Below are positions 35,108-45,231 of a DNA stretch of 64,000 nt, piece after piece. The notes beneath the pieces are model-generated. The model made no database searches and was not told the origin of the DNA. It saw nothing but the letters and a program-made list of their open reading frames with translations. Source of the DNA: Microthrixaceae bacterium. GTDB lineage: Bacteria; Actinomycetota; Acidimicrobiia; Acidimicrobiales; Microtrichaceae. The translations under genes were made by a program, and so were the position numbers. Positions within the stretch are counted from its first letter, which is position 1, and each line of letters starts with the position of its first letter. The DNA lies in the NCBI GenBank assembly GCA_049316905.1, contig JBMOJH010000004.1:631-64630 (forward strand). Reading direction: 5' to 3'.

Positions 35108-36055
35108 GTGACCGACCTGCCCGGCGCCGAGGCGGGCGCCGAGGACCTCGTCCGGGCGGCACCCACGCCGCCGCTCGGCTCCCACACCCGCGACCGCGGC
35201 CGCCGCCTCCGCGACGCGCTCCTCGCCTACCTGTTCCTGCTGCCCGCGCTGATCACCTTCGTGGTGTTCGCGTACTACCCCCTGTACCGGCTGTTCTGGT
35301 ACGCCACCCACCGCCAGCCGCGGTTCCGCAACCGGCCGCCGACCTTCGTCGGCTTCTCACAGCTGTGGGACACGCTCACCAGCCGGGATTTCACCCAGGG
35401 CCTGCTGCACTCGGCCACCTTCATGCTCTACACGGTGCCGCTCGGGCTGGCGCTCGGCGTGGTGCTCGCGGTGGCCGCGCATCGCCGCCTGAGGGGCATC
35501 AAGGTGTTCCAGACCATCTTCTCCTCCACCGTCGCCACCTCGGTCGCGGTGGCGTCAGTGGTGTTCTTCACCCTCGTCAATCCGGAGGTGGGGTACTTCC
35601 GGAACGTCAGCTGGCTCAGCCTGAACGACCCCACCTCCGCGATGTTCGCCGTGTCGCTCAGCTCGGTGTGGCAGAACCTCGGCCTCACCTTCATCGTGGT
35701 GCTGGCCGCGCTGCAGGCCGTGCCGGAGGAGCTCAACGAGGCGGCCCTGCTCGACGGGTTCGGGGCGGTGCGCCGCTTCTTCCGGGTGACCGTCCCACTC
35801 ATCTCGCCCGCGCTGCTGTTCCTGGCCATCGTGCTGGTGATCCACGCGCTGCAGGCCTACGCCCAGATAGAGATCCTCACCGGGGGCGGGCCGGCCGGCT
35901 CCACCGAGACGCTCCTCTACAAGATCGCGGACCCGAAGAACATCCGGAGCCTCGACGTGAAGGCGGGACTGTCGATCGGCCTGTTCGTCCTGACCGGCCT
36001 GGTGGCGTTCGTGCAGTACACGCTGTTGTCGAAGCGGGTGCACTATGGCGACTGA
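35108..36055 (+). CDS. CUT1-family ABC transporter permease (UgpA/MalF-like)
   Basis: Multiple TM segments and the EAA-like loop EELNEAALLDGFGAVRRFFRVTVP. Confidence 0.85.
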   Translation: MTDLPGAEAGAEDLVRAAPTPPLGSHTRDRGRRLRDALLAYLFLLPALITFVVFAYYPLYRLFWYATHRQPRFRNRPPTFVGFSQLWDTLTSRDFTQGLLHSATFMLYTVPLGLALGVVLAVAAHRRLRGIKVFQTIFSSTVATSVAVASVVFFTLVNPEVGYFRNVSWLSLNDPTSAMFAVSLSSVWQNLGLTFIVVLAALQAVPEELNEAALLDGFGAVRRFFRVTVPLISPALLFLAIVLVIHALQAYAQIEILTGGGPAGSTETLLYKIADPKNIRSLDVKAGLSIGLFVLTGLVAFVQYTLLSKRVHYGD

Positions 36056-36881
36056 CCGTCGGAGCCCGGGCCTGGCCGCGGTGGGGTGGTACCTATTGCT
36101 GAGCGCGCTGTCGCTGCTCGTGCTGTTCCCCGTGTACATGCTCGTGCTGCGGGCGCTGTCGAACCCCCTCGAGTACATCGCCCAGGGCCAGCCGCTCTAC
36201 CCGGTCCAGCCCGAGTGGGACGTGTTCGCCACGGCCTTCAGCGAGGCCGACCTGGGCCGGGCGCTCGGACTCTCGGCCGTGGTCACCTCGGTCATCGTGG
36301 TGGTGCAACTGCTCACCTCCGTCCTCGCCGCCTACGCGTTCGCCTTCCTGGAGTTCCCGCTGAAGAAGCTGATGTTCGTACTGGTGGTGGGCACGCTCCT
36401 GCTGCCGATCGAGGTGACGCTGATCGCCAACGTGGAGACCATGCGCACGCTGTCGTGGCTCAACTCGGTGCAGGGCCTCACGTTCCCCTTCCTCGCCACC
36501 GCCTTCGGCATCTTCCTGATCCGCCAGGGCTTCCTGGGGGTACCCGGCGACCTGCGCGACGCGGCCACTCTCGACGGCTACGGCCATCTGCGGTTCCTGT
36601 TCAAGGTGGCGATGCCCATGACCCGGCCGATCATCGGCAGCTTCGTGGTCATCTCCTTCCTCGGTGCCTGGAACCAGTACGTGTGGCCCCGGTTCGCCAC
36701 GGACCGCCAGGCCTGGCAGACGGTGCAGGTGGCGCTGCGCAGCATCGGATCGGACCGCGTCGACCGCCTCAACGTGGGATTCGCGGCGGCGATCCTCGCC
36801 GCCCTCCCCCTGCTCGCGCTGCTGATCTTCTTCCAGCGGCAGATGGTGCGGGGCCTCACCGCCGGGGCCGTGAAGGGCTGA
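36045..36881 (+). CDS. CUT1-family ABC transporter permease (UgpE/MalG-like)
   Basis: Contains DLRDAATLDGYGHLRFLFKVAMP and overlaps the upstream permease by 11 nt. Confidence 0.85.
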   Translation: MATDRRSPGLAAVGWYLLLSALSLLVLFPVYMLVLRALSNPLEYIAQGQPLYPVQPEWDVFATAFSEADLGRALGLSAVVTSVIVVVQLLTSVLAAYAFAFLEFPLKKLMFVLVVGTLLLPIEVTLIANVETMRTLSWLNSVQGLTFPFLATAFGIFLIRQGFLGVPGDLRDAATLDGYGHLRFLFKVAMPMTRPIIGSFVVISFLGAWNQYVWPRFATDRQAWQTVQVALRSIGSDRVDRLNVGFAAAILAALPLLALLIFFQRQMVRGLTAGAVKG

Positions 36882-37028
36882 CCGCCCGTCCGGCCGACGG
36901 CGCCCCGGGCGCCGCGCCGCACACGTCACAGCCCGGAAGTCACCGCGGGGTGCGCCCGACGGGCCAGACTGTGCGGGCCCGGGCCGCGGCCCGGAGCGGC
37001 ACCGGCCGTCGAACCGAAAGCGACCACC

Positions 37029-38594
37029 ATGAGCGCCACCCCGGCCCCCCATCGCCGACCCACCCGGTCCGGCGGAACCTCCGAGCGCCGGACCCGACCG
37101 TTCCTGCGGGCCCGCTGGCTGCTGGTCCCGCTCGCCGCCATCGCCGTGCTCGCCGCGGCCTGCGGCGGCGACTCGGGTTCGGGCTCCGACTCCGGATCGG
37201 GGAGCTCGGGCGGCGGGGGCGGGAAGGTGAACGCCGCCGACTGTCCGGTGAAGGACGTCGAGAACGCCACCGCTCCGATCGACGTGACGGTCTGGCACGC
37301 GTACGTGGGCCTGCAGAAGTCCACCCTCGAGCAGCTCGCCTCCTCCTTCAACGCCTCCCAGAACAAGGTGAAAGTGAGCGTGGAGGCCCAGGGCACCTAC
37401 GAGGAGCTCCTGAAGAAGTACGAGGACGCACTGGCGGACCCGAAGACCCTGCCGGACATGATCCTCACCGAGGACACCACCACGCAGTTCATGATCGACT
37501 CCGGCGCCGTGGTGCCCGCCCAGGCCTGCATCGAGGCCGACTCGACCGCGGCCGCCACGTACGACGACGTGCTGCCGTCGGTGAAGGCCGCCTACACCGT
37601 CGACGACGTGCTGTGGCCCGGGGCCTTCAGCGTGTCGAGCCCGATCTACTACGTGAACAACGCGATCCTGCGCCAGGCGAACGTGGACACCTCCACCACG
37701 CCGAAGACCCTCGACGAGCTGCGTGCCCTCGCCGAGAAGATCAAGGCCGCGAACGTGCCGGGCGTGCAGGAGCCCCTCGTCATGAAGGTTGACGCCTGGT
37801 ACCTCGAGCACTGGCTCACCGGCGTCAAGCAGCCGATCGTGAACGAGGACAACGGCCGGAGCGGCCTGGCCACGAAGTCGGAGTTCGACAACAAGGTCAC
37901 CCGCCAGGTCATGGACTGGTTCAAGAAGATGGTCGACGACAAGCTGCTGAAGCCGATCCCGAGCGCGAGCACCGGCATCGACGAGTACCTGGCGATCAAC
38001 AACAAGACCTCCGCCATGCTCATCCAGACCTCCGCGGCGATCACGACCGTGGCGGCGCTGCTCGACGGCTCGGTGAAGGCCTCCGACATCGGCAGCGTGG
38101 CCGGTGCACCGGCGAACGTGAACTCGGGCCTCGACATCGCGGTCGGCCCGGTGCCGGGCGTCAAGGAGGCGGGCAAGGGCCAGATCGGCGGGTCCGCCTG
38201 GTACCTCGTGAAGACCGGCAACCAGGGCGCCGTGGGCGGCGCCTGGCAGTTCATGAAGTACTTCCTGCAGACGCCCAACCAGGTGAAGTGGACCGAGACG
38301 GCCTCCTACCTGCCGGTGCTCACCTCGGCCTCGTCCGATGCGGGCCTGCAGCAGTTCTTCACCACGACCACCGCCGGGAAGTGGCTCAACGTGGCCTACC
38401 AGGGCCTCAGCAACCTGGATCCGAACTTCCCCGGCCCGGTGATCGGCCCCTACAAGGAGTTCCGCGCCGACGTGCGCGACGCCCTCGACGGCGTGGCCCT
38501 CGCCGGCACGCCGACCTCGACGGCGATCACGACGGCGAACGGGAAGTTCCAGACGGCGCTCGACGCCTACGCGAAGGACGTCGGCGGCGGCTGA
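37029..38594 (+). CDS. Extracellular solute-binding lipoprotein of the ABC transporter
   Basis: Signal peptide plus lipobox LAAACGGDSGSGS, with SBP family 1-like composition. Length is 521 aa. Confidence 0.8.
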   Translation: MSATPAPHRRPTRSGGTSERRTRPFLRARWLLVPLAAIAVLAAACGGDSGSGSDSGSGSSGGGGGKVNAADCPVKDVENATAPIDVTVWHAYVGLQKSTLEQLASSFNASQNKVKVSVEAQGTYEELLKKYEDALADPKTLPDMILTEDTTTQFMIDSGAVVPAQACIEADSTAAATYDDVLPSVKAAYTVDDVLWPGAFSVSSPIYYVNNAILRQANVDTSTTPKTLDELRALAEKIKAANVPGVQEPLVMKVDAWYLEHWLTGVKQPIVNEDNGRSGLATKSEFDNKVTRQVMDWFKKMVDDKLLKPIPSASTGIDEYLAINNKTSAMLIQTSAAITTVAALLDGSVKASDIGSVAGAPANVNSGLDIAVGPVPGVKEAGKGQIGGSAWYLVKTGNQGAVGGAWQFMKYFLQTPNQVKWTETASYLPVLTSASSDAGLQQFFTTTTAGKWLNVAYQGLSNLDPNFPGPVIGPYKEFRADVRDALDGVALAGTPTSTAITTANGKFQTALDAYAKDVGGG

Positions 38595-38690
38595 CCCCCA
38601 CCCCCCGCACCCCGGGGACATAGGGGTCGTCAGTCGCCTCTGGAGCGAGTCAACCTCCGCAGACGCGCCACGGGTGGCGACGGAGGGCGC

Positions 38691-40052
38691 TCAGCAGAGG
38701 CCGAGGCGACGGCCGAGGTCGCTACGGAAACGTCCCTCGGGGTCGACCTTGTCCCGCACGTCGCGCCACTCGGCGAGCCGCGGGTACATCGCCGGCACCA
38801 GCTCGGGGCGCACCCGGCTGTCCTTCGCCAGGTAGATCGAGCCGCCGGCGGCCACGACGACCTCGTCGAGCTCGTCGAGCAGCCGGTCCAGGCCGGGCAG
38901 CACCGGGAGGTCGAGCGCCAGCGTCCAGCCCTTACGCGGGAAGGACAGGTAGCCCGGGTCGGCCGGGCCGAATCGCTTGAGCACGGCGAGGAAGCTCGAC
39001 ATCCCGCTCTCCGAGAGCCGCTCCACAGCGGTGCGCACCACCTCGGACGCCTCGTCGGGCACCACGAACTGCCACTGCAGGAAGCCGCGGGGCCCGTAGA
39101 TCCGGTTCCACTCGGCGATCATGTCGAGCGGGTGGAAGAACGCCTCGATCGTCTGGAGCTCACCGCGCCGGCGGACCGGCGCCTTGCGGTACCAGAGCTC
39201 GTTGAACGCCCGCACCGTCAGGTGGTTCAGCAGGCCCGACGGCACCAGGTCGGGCGGCGACGGCAGCTGCCGCGGGTGGTACGCGTACGGGTCCGCGACA
39301 CCCGAGGCGAGCGCCTCCTCCCGGGTCGCGAACCGGCCACGCTGAAGGATCGACCGGCCCATGTGCCGGCCGCGGGCCACCAGGTCGATCCAGGCCACGG
39401 AGTACTCGTAGCGGTCGTCGCCCTCGACCATCATCGACATCACATCGTCGAGGTCGCTGGCCCGGTCGGTGTCGACGCTGATCAGGCTGGAGCCCACCGG
39501 GGTCATGCGGATGGTCGCGTCGAGCACCAGGCCGGTGAGGCCCATGCCGCCGACCACCGCCCAGAACACCTCCGGATCGCTGTCGGGTGAGACCTCCCGC
39601 ACCTCGCCCCGACCGTCGACGAACCGCAGCGACAGCACGTGCTCACCGAACGAGCCCTTCACGTGGTGGTTCTTCCCGTGGATGTCCGCGGCGATCGCCC
39701 CGCCGACGGTCACCATGCGCGTGCCCGGCGTGACCGGCACGAACAGACCGTGCGGCACGAGCCAGCGCATCAGGTCGTCGAGGCTGGTCCCGGCGCGGGC
39801 CCGCACCACCCCGTCGGCCAGGTCGATGTCGATCAGGCCCGACATCGACGGGCCCCACACCACGGTGCCGCCGGCGTTCTGCGCGCAGTCGCCGTAGCCG
39901 CGCCCCAGACCGCGGCCCAGCACACCCCGGCCGTCGGCCGCCAGCACCGCATCCACCGCGTCCTGCTCGGAACCCGGGCGGAGGACCGTGCTGCGCGTCG
40001 GGGCCGTCCGGCCCCACCCGCAGAGGAGTTCGTCGGTCTCGACAGGTCCCAT
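38691..40052 (-). CDS. dprE1: Decaprenylphosphoryl-beta-D-ribose oxidase-like FAD enzyme
   Basis: FAD/PCMH-type N-terminus (GRGLGRGYGD) and a C-terminus LKRFGPADPGYLSFPRKGWTLALDLPV...YLAKDSR. This aligns by eye to the mycobacterial DprE1 segment SFPIPGWNICVDFPI. Confidence 0.8.
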   Translation of the reverse strand: MGPVETDELLCGWGRTAPTRSTVLRPGSEQDAVDAVLAADGRGVLGRGLGRGYGDCAQNAGGTVVWGPSMSGLIDIDLADGVVRARAGTSLDDLMRWLVPHGLFVPVTPGTRMVTVGGAIAADIHGKNHHVKGSFGEHVLSLRFVDGRGEVREVSPDSDPEVFWAVVGGMGLTGLVLDATIRMTPVGSSLISVDTDRASDLDDVMSMMVEGDDRYEYSVAWIDLVARGRHMGRSILQRGRFATREEALASGVADPYAYHPRQLPSPPDLVPSGLLNHLTVRAFNELWYRKAPVRRRGELQTIEAFFHPLDMIAEWNRIYGPRGFLQWQFVVPDEASEVVRTAVERLSESGMSSFLAVLKRFGPADPGYLSFPRKGWTLALDLPVLPGLDRLLDELDEVVVAAGGSIYLAKDSRVRPELVPAMYPRLAEWRDVRDKVDPEGRFRSDLGRRLGLC

Positions 40053-40059
40053 TCGGCCC

Positions 40060-40980
40060 TCAGGTGTACACGGCGAGGAAGAGGAAGACCACCAGCATGA
40101 CGCCCATCAGCTGCATGGTGCGGTCCTCGGACAGGACCTCCTCGGGGGCGGAGCCCTTCCCCTGGTCCACCAGCAGGGCGTAGCGGAGGATCGCGATGAC
40201 GAACGGGATGATCGACAGCTGCACCCATGGCGTGGCGAACCGGTCGGTCTTGCCGCTCTCCACGGCCCACTGGCAGAAGCTCATCATGACCGCAGCGGCC
40301 GCGGCGGCCCGCACCAGCCCGAGGTATTCCACGCTGTAGGCGCCCAGGGTCGGCCGCAGCGCGGCCGCCTCCTCCCCCAGCTCCTTCTTCTCGGCGAAGC
40401 GTTTCGCGGCCGCGATGAACAGCGACCCGAACAGCGAGACCAGGAGGAACCACTCGGAGACCTCCACGCCCGCGGCGTACGCGCCGCCGAGCAACCGGAG
40501 GATGAACCCCGACGACAGGATCACCAGATCCATCACCGGGATCTGCTTCAGCCACATCGAGTAGGCGGTGGTCAGCACCGCGTACCCCGCCACCACACCG
40601 GCGAGCGTGATGTTGATCGTCAGCGCGAGGGCCACGCCCCCCAGGAAGAGGACCACCGCCATGACGATGGCGAGGGGGACGGGCACGGCACCGCTGGCGA
40701 TCGGCCGGTTGCGCTTGGTCGGGTGCCGCCGGTCGGAGTCCACGTCGAGGACGTCGTTGAGCAGGTAGGTGGCCGACGAGACCATGCAGAACGCCACGAA
40801 CCCCAGGACCGTGAGGCGCAGGTAGTACCAGGTGGTCAGCACGCCGGCCGCGGCGGGCGCCACGAACACGAGCACGTTCTTGGCCCACTGCTTGGGTCGG
40901 CAGGCCTTCACCATCGACACGGGCAGCGCCGGTCGCGGTGGACGGTCGCTGGCCGTTGCTGGAGTTCGCTGCTCGGTCAC
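40060..40980 (-). CDS. UbiA-family decaprenyl-phosphate phosphoribosyltransferase (DPPR synthase)-like
   Basis: Contains KQWAKNVLVF...NDVLDVDSDRRHPTKRNRPIASG and multiple TM segments. It ends 7 nt upstream of dprE1. Confidence 0.8.
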   Translation of the reverse strand: MTEQRTPATASDRPPRPALPVSMVKACRPKQWAKNVLVFVAPAAAGVLTTWYYLRLTVLGFVAFCMVSSATYLLNDVLDVDSDRRHPTKRNRPIASGAVPVPLAIVMAVVLFLGGVALALTINITLAGVVAGYAVLTTAYSMWLKQIPVMDLVILSSGFILRLLGGAYAAGVEVSEWFLLVSLFGSLFIAAAKRFAEKKELGEEAAALRPTLGAYSVEYLGLVRAAAAAAVMMSFCQWAVESGKTDRFATPWVQLSIIPFVIAILRYALLVDQGKGSAPEEVLSEDRTMQLMGVMLVVFLFLAVYT

Positions 40981-41107
40981 GGTCCCTGTCCACGTCGCCC
41001 GATTCCGGTGGCGGGAACCACCGGGCCGCCCCCGAGGGGCGCCCCGCCGAGTCTAACGGCGCCCGGCCGGAGGTCCGCGGTCCCCGGCCCCGGGCGGGCC
41101 GAGGTCC

Positions 41108-41965
41108 TCACGTCCGGGCGAGGGACGCCAGGAATCCGGTCGTCGCCGCGTCGGGCGGCGGGCCCAGGCGGGAGTACCACTGGTCGCCGACCTGCCAGTG
41201 GGCGAAGCTCTCGGCGAAGTCACCGGCCCCGGTCGAGAAGTCCGTCACGCCGCTCTCCCCCGGGAACCACGTCGTTCCGGGATCCACCCCGCGAGCGGCC
41301 AGCCAGGCGGCGCGGTCCGCGTCGGTCAGGAGGCTCACGTCCACCGCGTGGCCCAGTTCGTGGGCGATCACGTGCGCGACGTCGGTCACCGACTGGTTCC
41401 TGCGGACGTAGACCTCGATCACCCGGTCCCGCGGGAACGTCGACCCGCGGAGCCCGTCACGGCCGGGCAGGAACCGCACCTGCCAACCGGGGAGCCGGGA
41501 GCGCCAGTCGTAGCGGATCCGCCCGAGCGCCCGGGCGGCGCGGTCGCGCAGTTCCTCGGAGCCGAGCCGCTCCACCGCCCGGTCGGAGGTGCCGGGCGCG
41601 TCCGCGGTGGTGGGCGGCGCCGCGGCCGGGGCGCGGGTGCCGCCGGCGTCGGGTGTCGCCACCGCCGCGGGGACACCGGGCTGGGGCAGGGTGGGCACCG
41701 CGCCGTCGGGCAGGGTGACCTCGGCCATGACCTGGGGCTCGGGTCCGTCGGGGTCCGAGGTGGCCGACGGGTCCGCCACCAGGCCGTCGGGGCTGTCGTC
41801 CGCGGTCCCGACCACCCCCCAGACCGGGTCGGGCATCCCCGACCCCGACACCTCCGCGGTACGGGAGGCGCCGCACGACAGGAGCGCGGCGCCGACCAGT
41901 GCGACGAGCACGACGAGAGCGGCCCGGCGGGCCGAACCGACCGAGCGGCGAGGCGTGGCCGACAT
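41108..41965 (-). CDS. Secreted/lipoprotein zinc-metalloprotease-like protein
   Basis: Trimmed to MSATPRRSVGSARRAALVVLVALVGAALLSCG (lipobox). The HExxH motif is in VIAHELGHAVD. Confidence 0.6.
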   Translation of the reverse strand: MSATPRRSVGSARRAALVVLVALVGAALLSCGASRTAEVSGSGMPDPVWGVVGTADDSPDGLVADPSATSDPDGPEPQVMAEVTLPDGAVPTLPQPGVPAAVATPDAGGTRAPAAAPPTTADAPGTSDRAVERLGSEELRDRAARALGRIRYDWRSRLPGWQVRFLPGRDGLRGSTFPRDRVIEVYVRRNQSVTDVAHVIAHELGHAVDVSLLTDADRAAWLAARGVDPGTTWFPGESGVTDFSTGAGDFAESFAHWQVGDQWYSRLGPPPDAATTGFLASLART

Positions 41966-42017
41966 CCGACCCTTCCGGTCACCCTCCCACGCCATGGGTC
42001 CAGCCTCGCGCCCCGGC

Positions 42018-43061
42018 TCAGGCGGCGGCCAGCGCCACCAGGCGGCGCACCGCAGCTGCGGAGTCGTCGTCCACCACGCGGCCGTGGGCCGCCCGGAAGA
42101 GTCGGTCGTTGACCGCCCGTCCCACGCCCTCGGCCGGGACCGCGGTGGCGAGGATCAGCGCCGCGCCCGCGTCGTCCGCGGCGCGCAGCGCGCCGTAGAG
42201 CTCCGCGGCCGCGAGGGCCGGGTCCTCGGGCAGGCGCACGACGCACACCGTCGGGCCGGCGGCGGCGACCGCTGACTCGAGCCGGAGGGCCAGGTCGCGG
42301 CCGCCCTCCACGAGCACCACCGGCGTCGCCGGTGCGTAGTGGCGCAGGAACCGTCCCGGCGCCGCGGCCACGTCGTCGGTGGCCACGACCTCGCGCCGCG
42401 GAGCGTGCACCTCGCCGATCGCCTCGGCGAGGTCCTCGACCGTGACCGCCCCCGGGCGCAGCACCGTCGGGACCGCCAGTGTCAGGTCCAGCACGGTCGA
42501 CTCGATCCCCAGGGGCGCCGGGCCGGCGTCGAGCACCAGGTCCACCCCGTCGCCGAGCTCCGCCACCACGTGCGCAGCGGTGGTCGGGCTGATCCGGCCG
42601 AACCGGTTGGCCGACGGGGCGGCCACCGGCGTCCCGGCCGCGGCCACCAACGCCCGGGCCACCGGGTGCGCGGGGACCCGCACCCCCACGGTGGGCCCGC
42701 CGGCGGTCACCTCGTCGGGCACGCCCGGCCCGCGGGGCAGCACCAGCGTGAGCGGGCCCGGCCAGAACCGCTCGGCCAGCGCTGCGGCCGTCGACGGCCA
42801 CGCGCCGGCCACCCCCGCGGCGTCGGCGGCGTCGGCGGCGTGCACGATCAGCGGATCGGTGGCAGGCCGGCCCTTGACCCGGAAGATCCGGGCCAGCGCG
42901 GGCCGGTCGGAGATGAGGGCACCGAGGCCGTAGACGGTCTCCGTGGGGAACGCCACCAACCCGCCGGCACGCAGCACCCCGCTGGCGGCGGCGAGAACGT
43001 CATGGGCGGGGTGGACGGGGTCGACGGGCACGACGGCACCGGGTGGCGGGGGCGGGGCCAT
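42018..43061 (-). CDS. tsaC: L-threonylcarbamoyladenylate synthase (Sua5/TsaC type with C-terminal Sua5 domain)
   Basis: Matching region: VAFPTETVYGLGA...KGRPATDPLIVH...SANRFGRISPT. Confidence 0.85.
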   Translation of the reverse strand: MAPPPPPGAVVPVDPVHPAHDVLAAASGVLRAGGLVAFPTETVYGLGALISDRPALARIFRVKGRPATDPLIVHAADAADAAGVAGAWPSTAAALAERFWPGPLTLVLPRGPGVPDEVTAGGPTVGVRVPAHPVARALVAAAGTPVAAPSANRFGRISPTTAAHVVAELGDGVDLVLDAGPAPLGIESTVLDLTLAVPTVLRPGAVTVEDLAEAIGEVHAPRREVVATDDVAAAPGRFLRHYAPATPVVLVEGGRDLALRLESAVAAAGPTVCVVRLPEDPALAAAELYGALRAADDAGAALILATAVPAEGVGRAVNDRLFRAAHGRVVDDDSAAAVRRLVALAAA

Positions 43062-45210
43062 GGCCCGGGGACGCTACCGGCCCGTCCCCGTGTGCCACCA
43101 TCGCCGGGTGAGCGCCCCGCACCACCGGGCCGACGTGCAGGGGCTGCGTGCCGTGGCGGTCCTCCTCGTCGTGGCGTTCCACGTGGGCGGCAGCCCCATC
43201 GCCCAGACCCGCGCCGGCGCCGGCTGGGCCCTCGCCCGCAGCGGGTTCGTCGGCGTGGACGTCTTCTTCGTGATCTCCGGCTTCGTGATCACCGCGCTCC
43301 TGCTCCGGGGCGTCGACCGCGGCGAGGGCGTGCCGTTCCGCGACTTCTACGCGCGGCGGGCCCGGCGGATCATGCCGGCCCTCGCGCTCATGACGACCGT
43401 TGTGCTCGTCGCGTGCGTCGTGGTCCTCGACCCCTTCGGCGCCCAGCAGTTCGCGGCGCGCACCGCCGTGGCCGCCAACGCGTTCGTGGCCAACGTGTAC
43501 CTGTACCGCCACACCGGCTACTTCGACGCCAGCGCCGCGACGAACCCGTTCCTCCACACCTGGTCGCTCTCGGTGGAGGAGCAGACGTACCTCGTGCTCC
43601 CCGCCGCCCTGGCCCTCACGGTGTGGTTCGGCCGGCGCCGGCGACAATCCACGGGCTCGGCGGACCCGGACCGCTCCTCGGCCGGCACGCCCGTGGCCGC
43701 GGTGGCGTCCGGCACCGCGATCGTGGCGGTCGCGTCGTTCGCGCTCGCGATGGCCCTGCACGCGGGCTGGCGACCGTTCGGGGTCGAGGCCCCGCAGCGC
43801 CTGGCGTTCCTGGCCGCGCCCACCCGCTGGTGGGAGTTCGCGGTGGGCGCACTCGTGGCCCTGGCCGTGCGGTCCGGCTCCCGGCCGGGCCGCGCCGCCG
43901 CCGCGGCGCTGGGCATCGGCGGGCTCGTCGTGGTGGTCGGCTCCGGCGTGCTGCTCGATCCCGGCGAGGCCTGGCCCTCGGCCTGGACCCTGGTGCCCGT
44001 GCTCGGCACCGCCGCGGTCATCCTGGCCGGCGCGTCCGGTCCGGCCGGGCGTCTCCTCTCGTGGCGGCCGCTCACGTGGCTCGGCGACCGGTCGTACGCC
44101 TGGTACCTGTGGCACTGGCCCGCGATCGTGCTGGCGGTGGCGGTCAGCCCCACCACGGCGTGGCTCCCGGCAGCCGCGGCCGTGGGGTCGCTGCTCCCGG
44201 CGTGGGCCTCCTACCGCTGGGTCGAGCGGCCGATCCGCGTGGCACCGCGGATCGTCGGCCGCCGGGCGGCGCTGCTCGGCGGCGGATGCGTGCTCATCAC
44301 GCTGGTCGCCGCGGCCGCGGTGCTGTTCGGCGCCCGCGGCGGCTGGGGGCTCGAGGAGGCCGACGGCTGGTACGACCTGCCGAACGGCCGCAACGTCGGG
44401 TGCCACCAGTTCAACCGCGACGCCACCGGCGACTGGCCCGCGGAGGTGTGCACCACGCCGGCGACCGGTGCGGGCGGAGCGAACGGCAGCGCCGGTGGAC
44501 GGGACACGGTCCTCGTGCTCGGCGACCTGCAGGCCGACGGGGTGGCCCCCGCGACCGTCGACGCCGCCGGTTCGCTCGGCTACCGGACCGGGCAGTGGAG
44601 CCGTTCGGGGTGCCCGTTCCTCACCCGCGCCCCCGTGCACGCGTCGGGCTGCGAGGAGTGGCAACGCCGGGCGTGGGAACTGGTCGAACGGGTGCGGCCA
44701 GCTGCGGTGGTGCTCGCGGCCGACGAGGCCGCCTACACCACGGCTGCCGCGCCGGAGGAGGAACTGGCCGGACCCGGCGGCGGCCACCCCGGCTCCACCG
44801 ACGCGGCGGTGCGGTCCTGGGCCGGGGCGCTCGACGGCACGCTCGAACGGCTGCGTGGCCTCGGCGTGGGTGCCGTGGTGGTGGGTGGCGCGCCCGACCT
44901 CGGGTCGTCCTTCCCCCGTGACCGCCAGTCGCTGCTCGACCCGGACCCCCCGCTGCCCACCGTCGACCGGCGTGACGCGGAACGCCGGCGCGCCGACGTC
45001 TGGCGCGCCCAGCAGGACGTGGTGGACCGGGATCCCGGGGCCGCCCTCGTGGACCCGGTGCCGTTGCTGTGCACCCCGCGGTGCGACGCGGTGGCCGACG
45101 GGAGATGGCGCTTCTACGAGCGCAACCAGCTGACGAACGCGGGCAGCGCGGTGCTCACCGGCGAACTCCGCCGGGCGCTCGAACGGGTGACCTCGCCCGG
45201 CACCGGCTGA
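43060..45210 (+). CDS. Acyltransferase-3 membrane domain fused to SGNH-like domain (OafA/YrhL type)
   Basis: Contains VQGLRAVAVLLVVAFH and many TM segments. The start is ambiguous: ATG 43060 (shares CCATGG with the tsaC start) or GTG 43108. Confidence 0.75.
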   Translation: MARGRYRPVPVCHHRRVSAPHHRADVQGLRAVAVLLVVAFHVGGSPIAQTRAGAGWALARSGFVGVDVFFVISGFVITALLLRGVDRGEGVPFRDFYARRARRIMPALALMTTVVLVACVVVLDPFGAQQFAARTAVAANAFVANVYLYRHTGYFDASAATNPFLHTWSLSVEEQTYLVLPAALALTVWFGRRRRQSTGSADPDRSSAGTPVAAVASGTAIVAVASFALAMALHAGWRPFGVEAPQRLAFLAAPTRWWEFAVGALVALAVRSGSRPGRAAAAALGIGGLVVVVGSGVLLDPGEAWPSAWTLVPVLGTAAVILAGASGPAGRLLSWRPLTWLGDRSYAWYLWHWPAIVLAVAVSPTTAWLPAAAAVGSLLPAWASYRWVERPIRVAPRIVGRRAALLGGGCVLITLVAAAAVLFGARGGWGLEEADGWYDLPNGRNVGCHQFNRDATGDWPAEVCTTPATGAGGANGSAGGRDTVLVLGDLQADGVAPATVDAAGSLGYRTGQWSRSGCPFLTRAPVHASGCEEWQRRAWELVERVRPAAVVLAADEAAYTTAAAPEEELAGPGGGHPGSTDAAVRSWAGALDGTLERLRGLGVGAVVVGGAPDLGSSFPRDRQSLLDPDPPLPTVDRRDAERRRADVWRAQQDVVDRDPGAALVDPVPLLCTPRCDAVADGRWRFYERNQLTNAGSAVLTGELRRALERVTSPGTG

Positions 45211-45211
45211 G

Positions 45212-45231
45212 CCGGTCCGCCGCCGGACCGG
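45212..45231. terminator. Hairpin CCGGTCCG-ccgc-CGGACCGG between convergent genes
   Basis: Read directly. There is no U tract. Confidence 0.35.
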
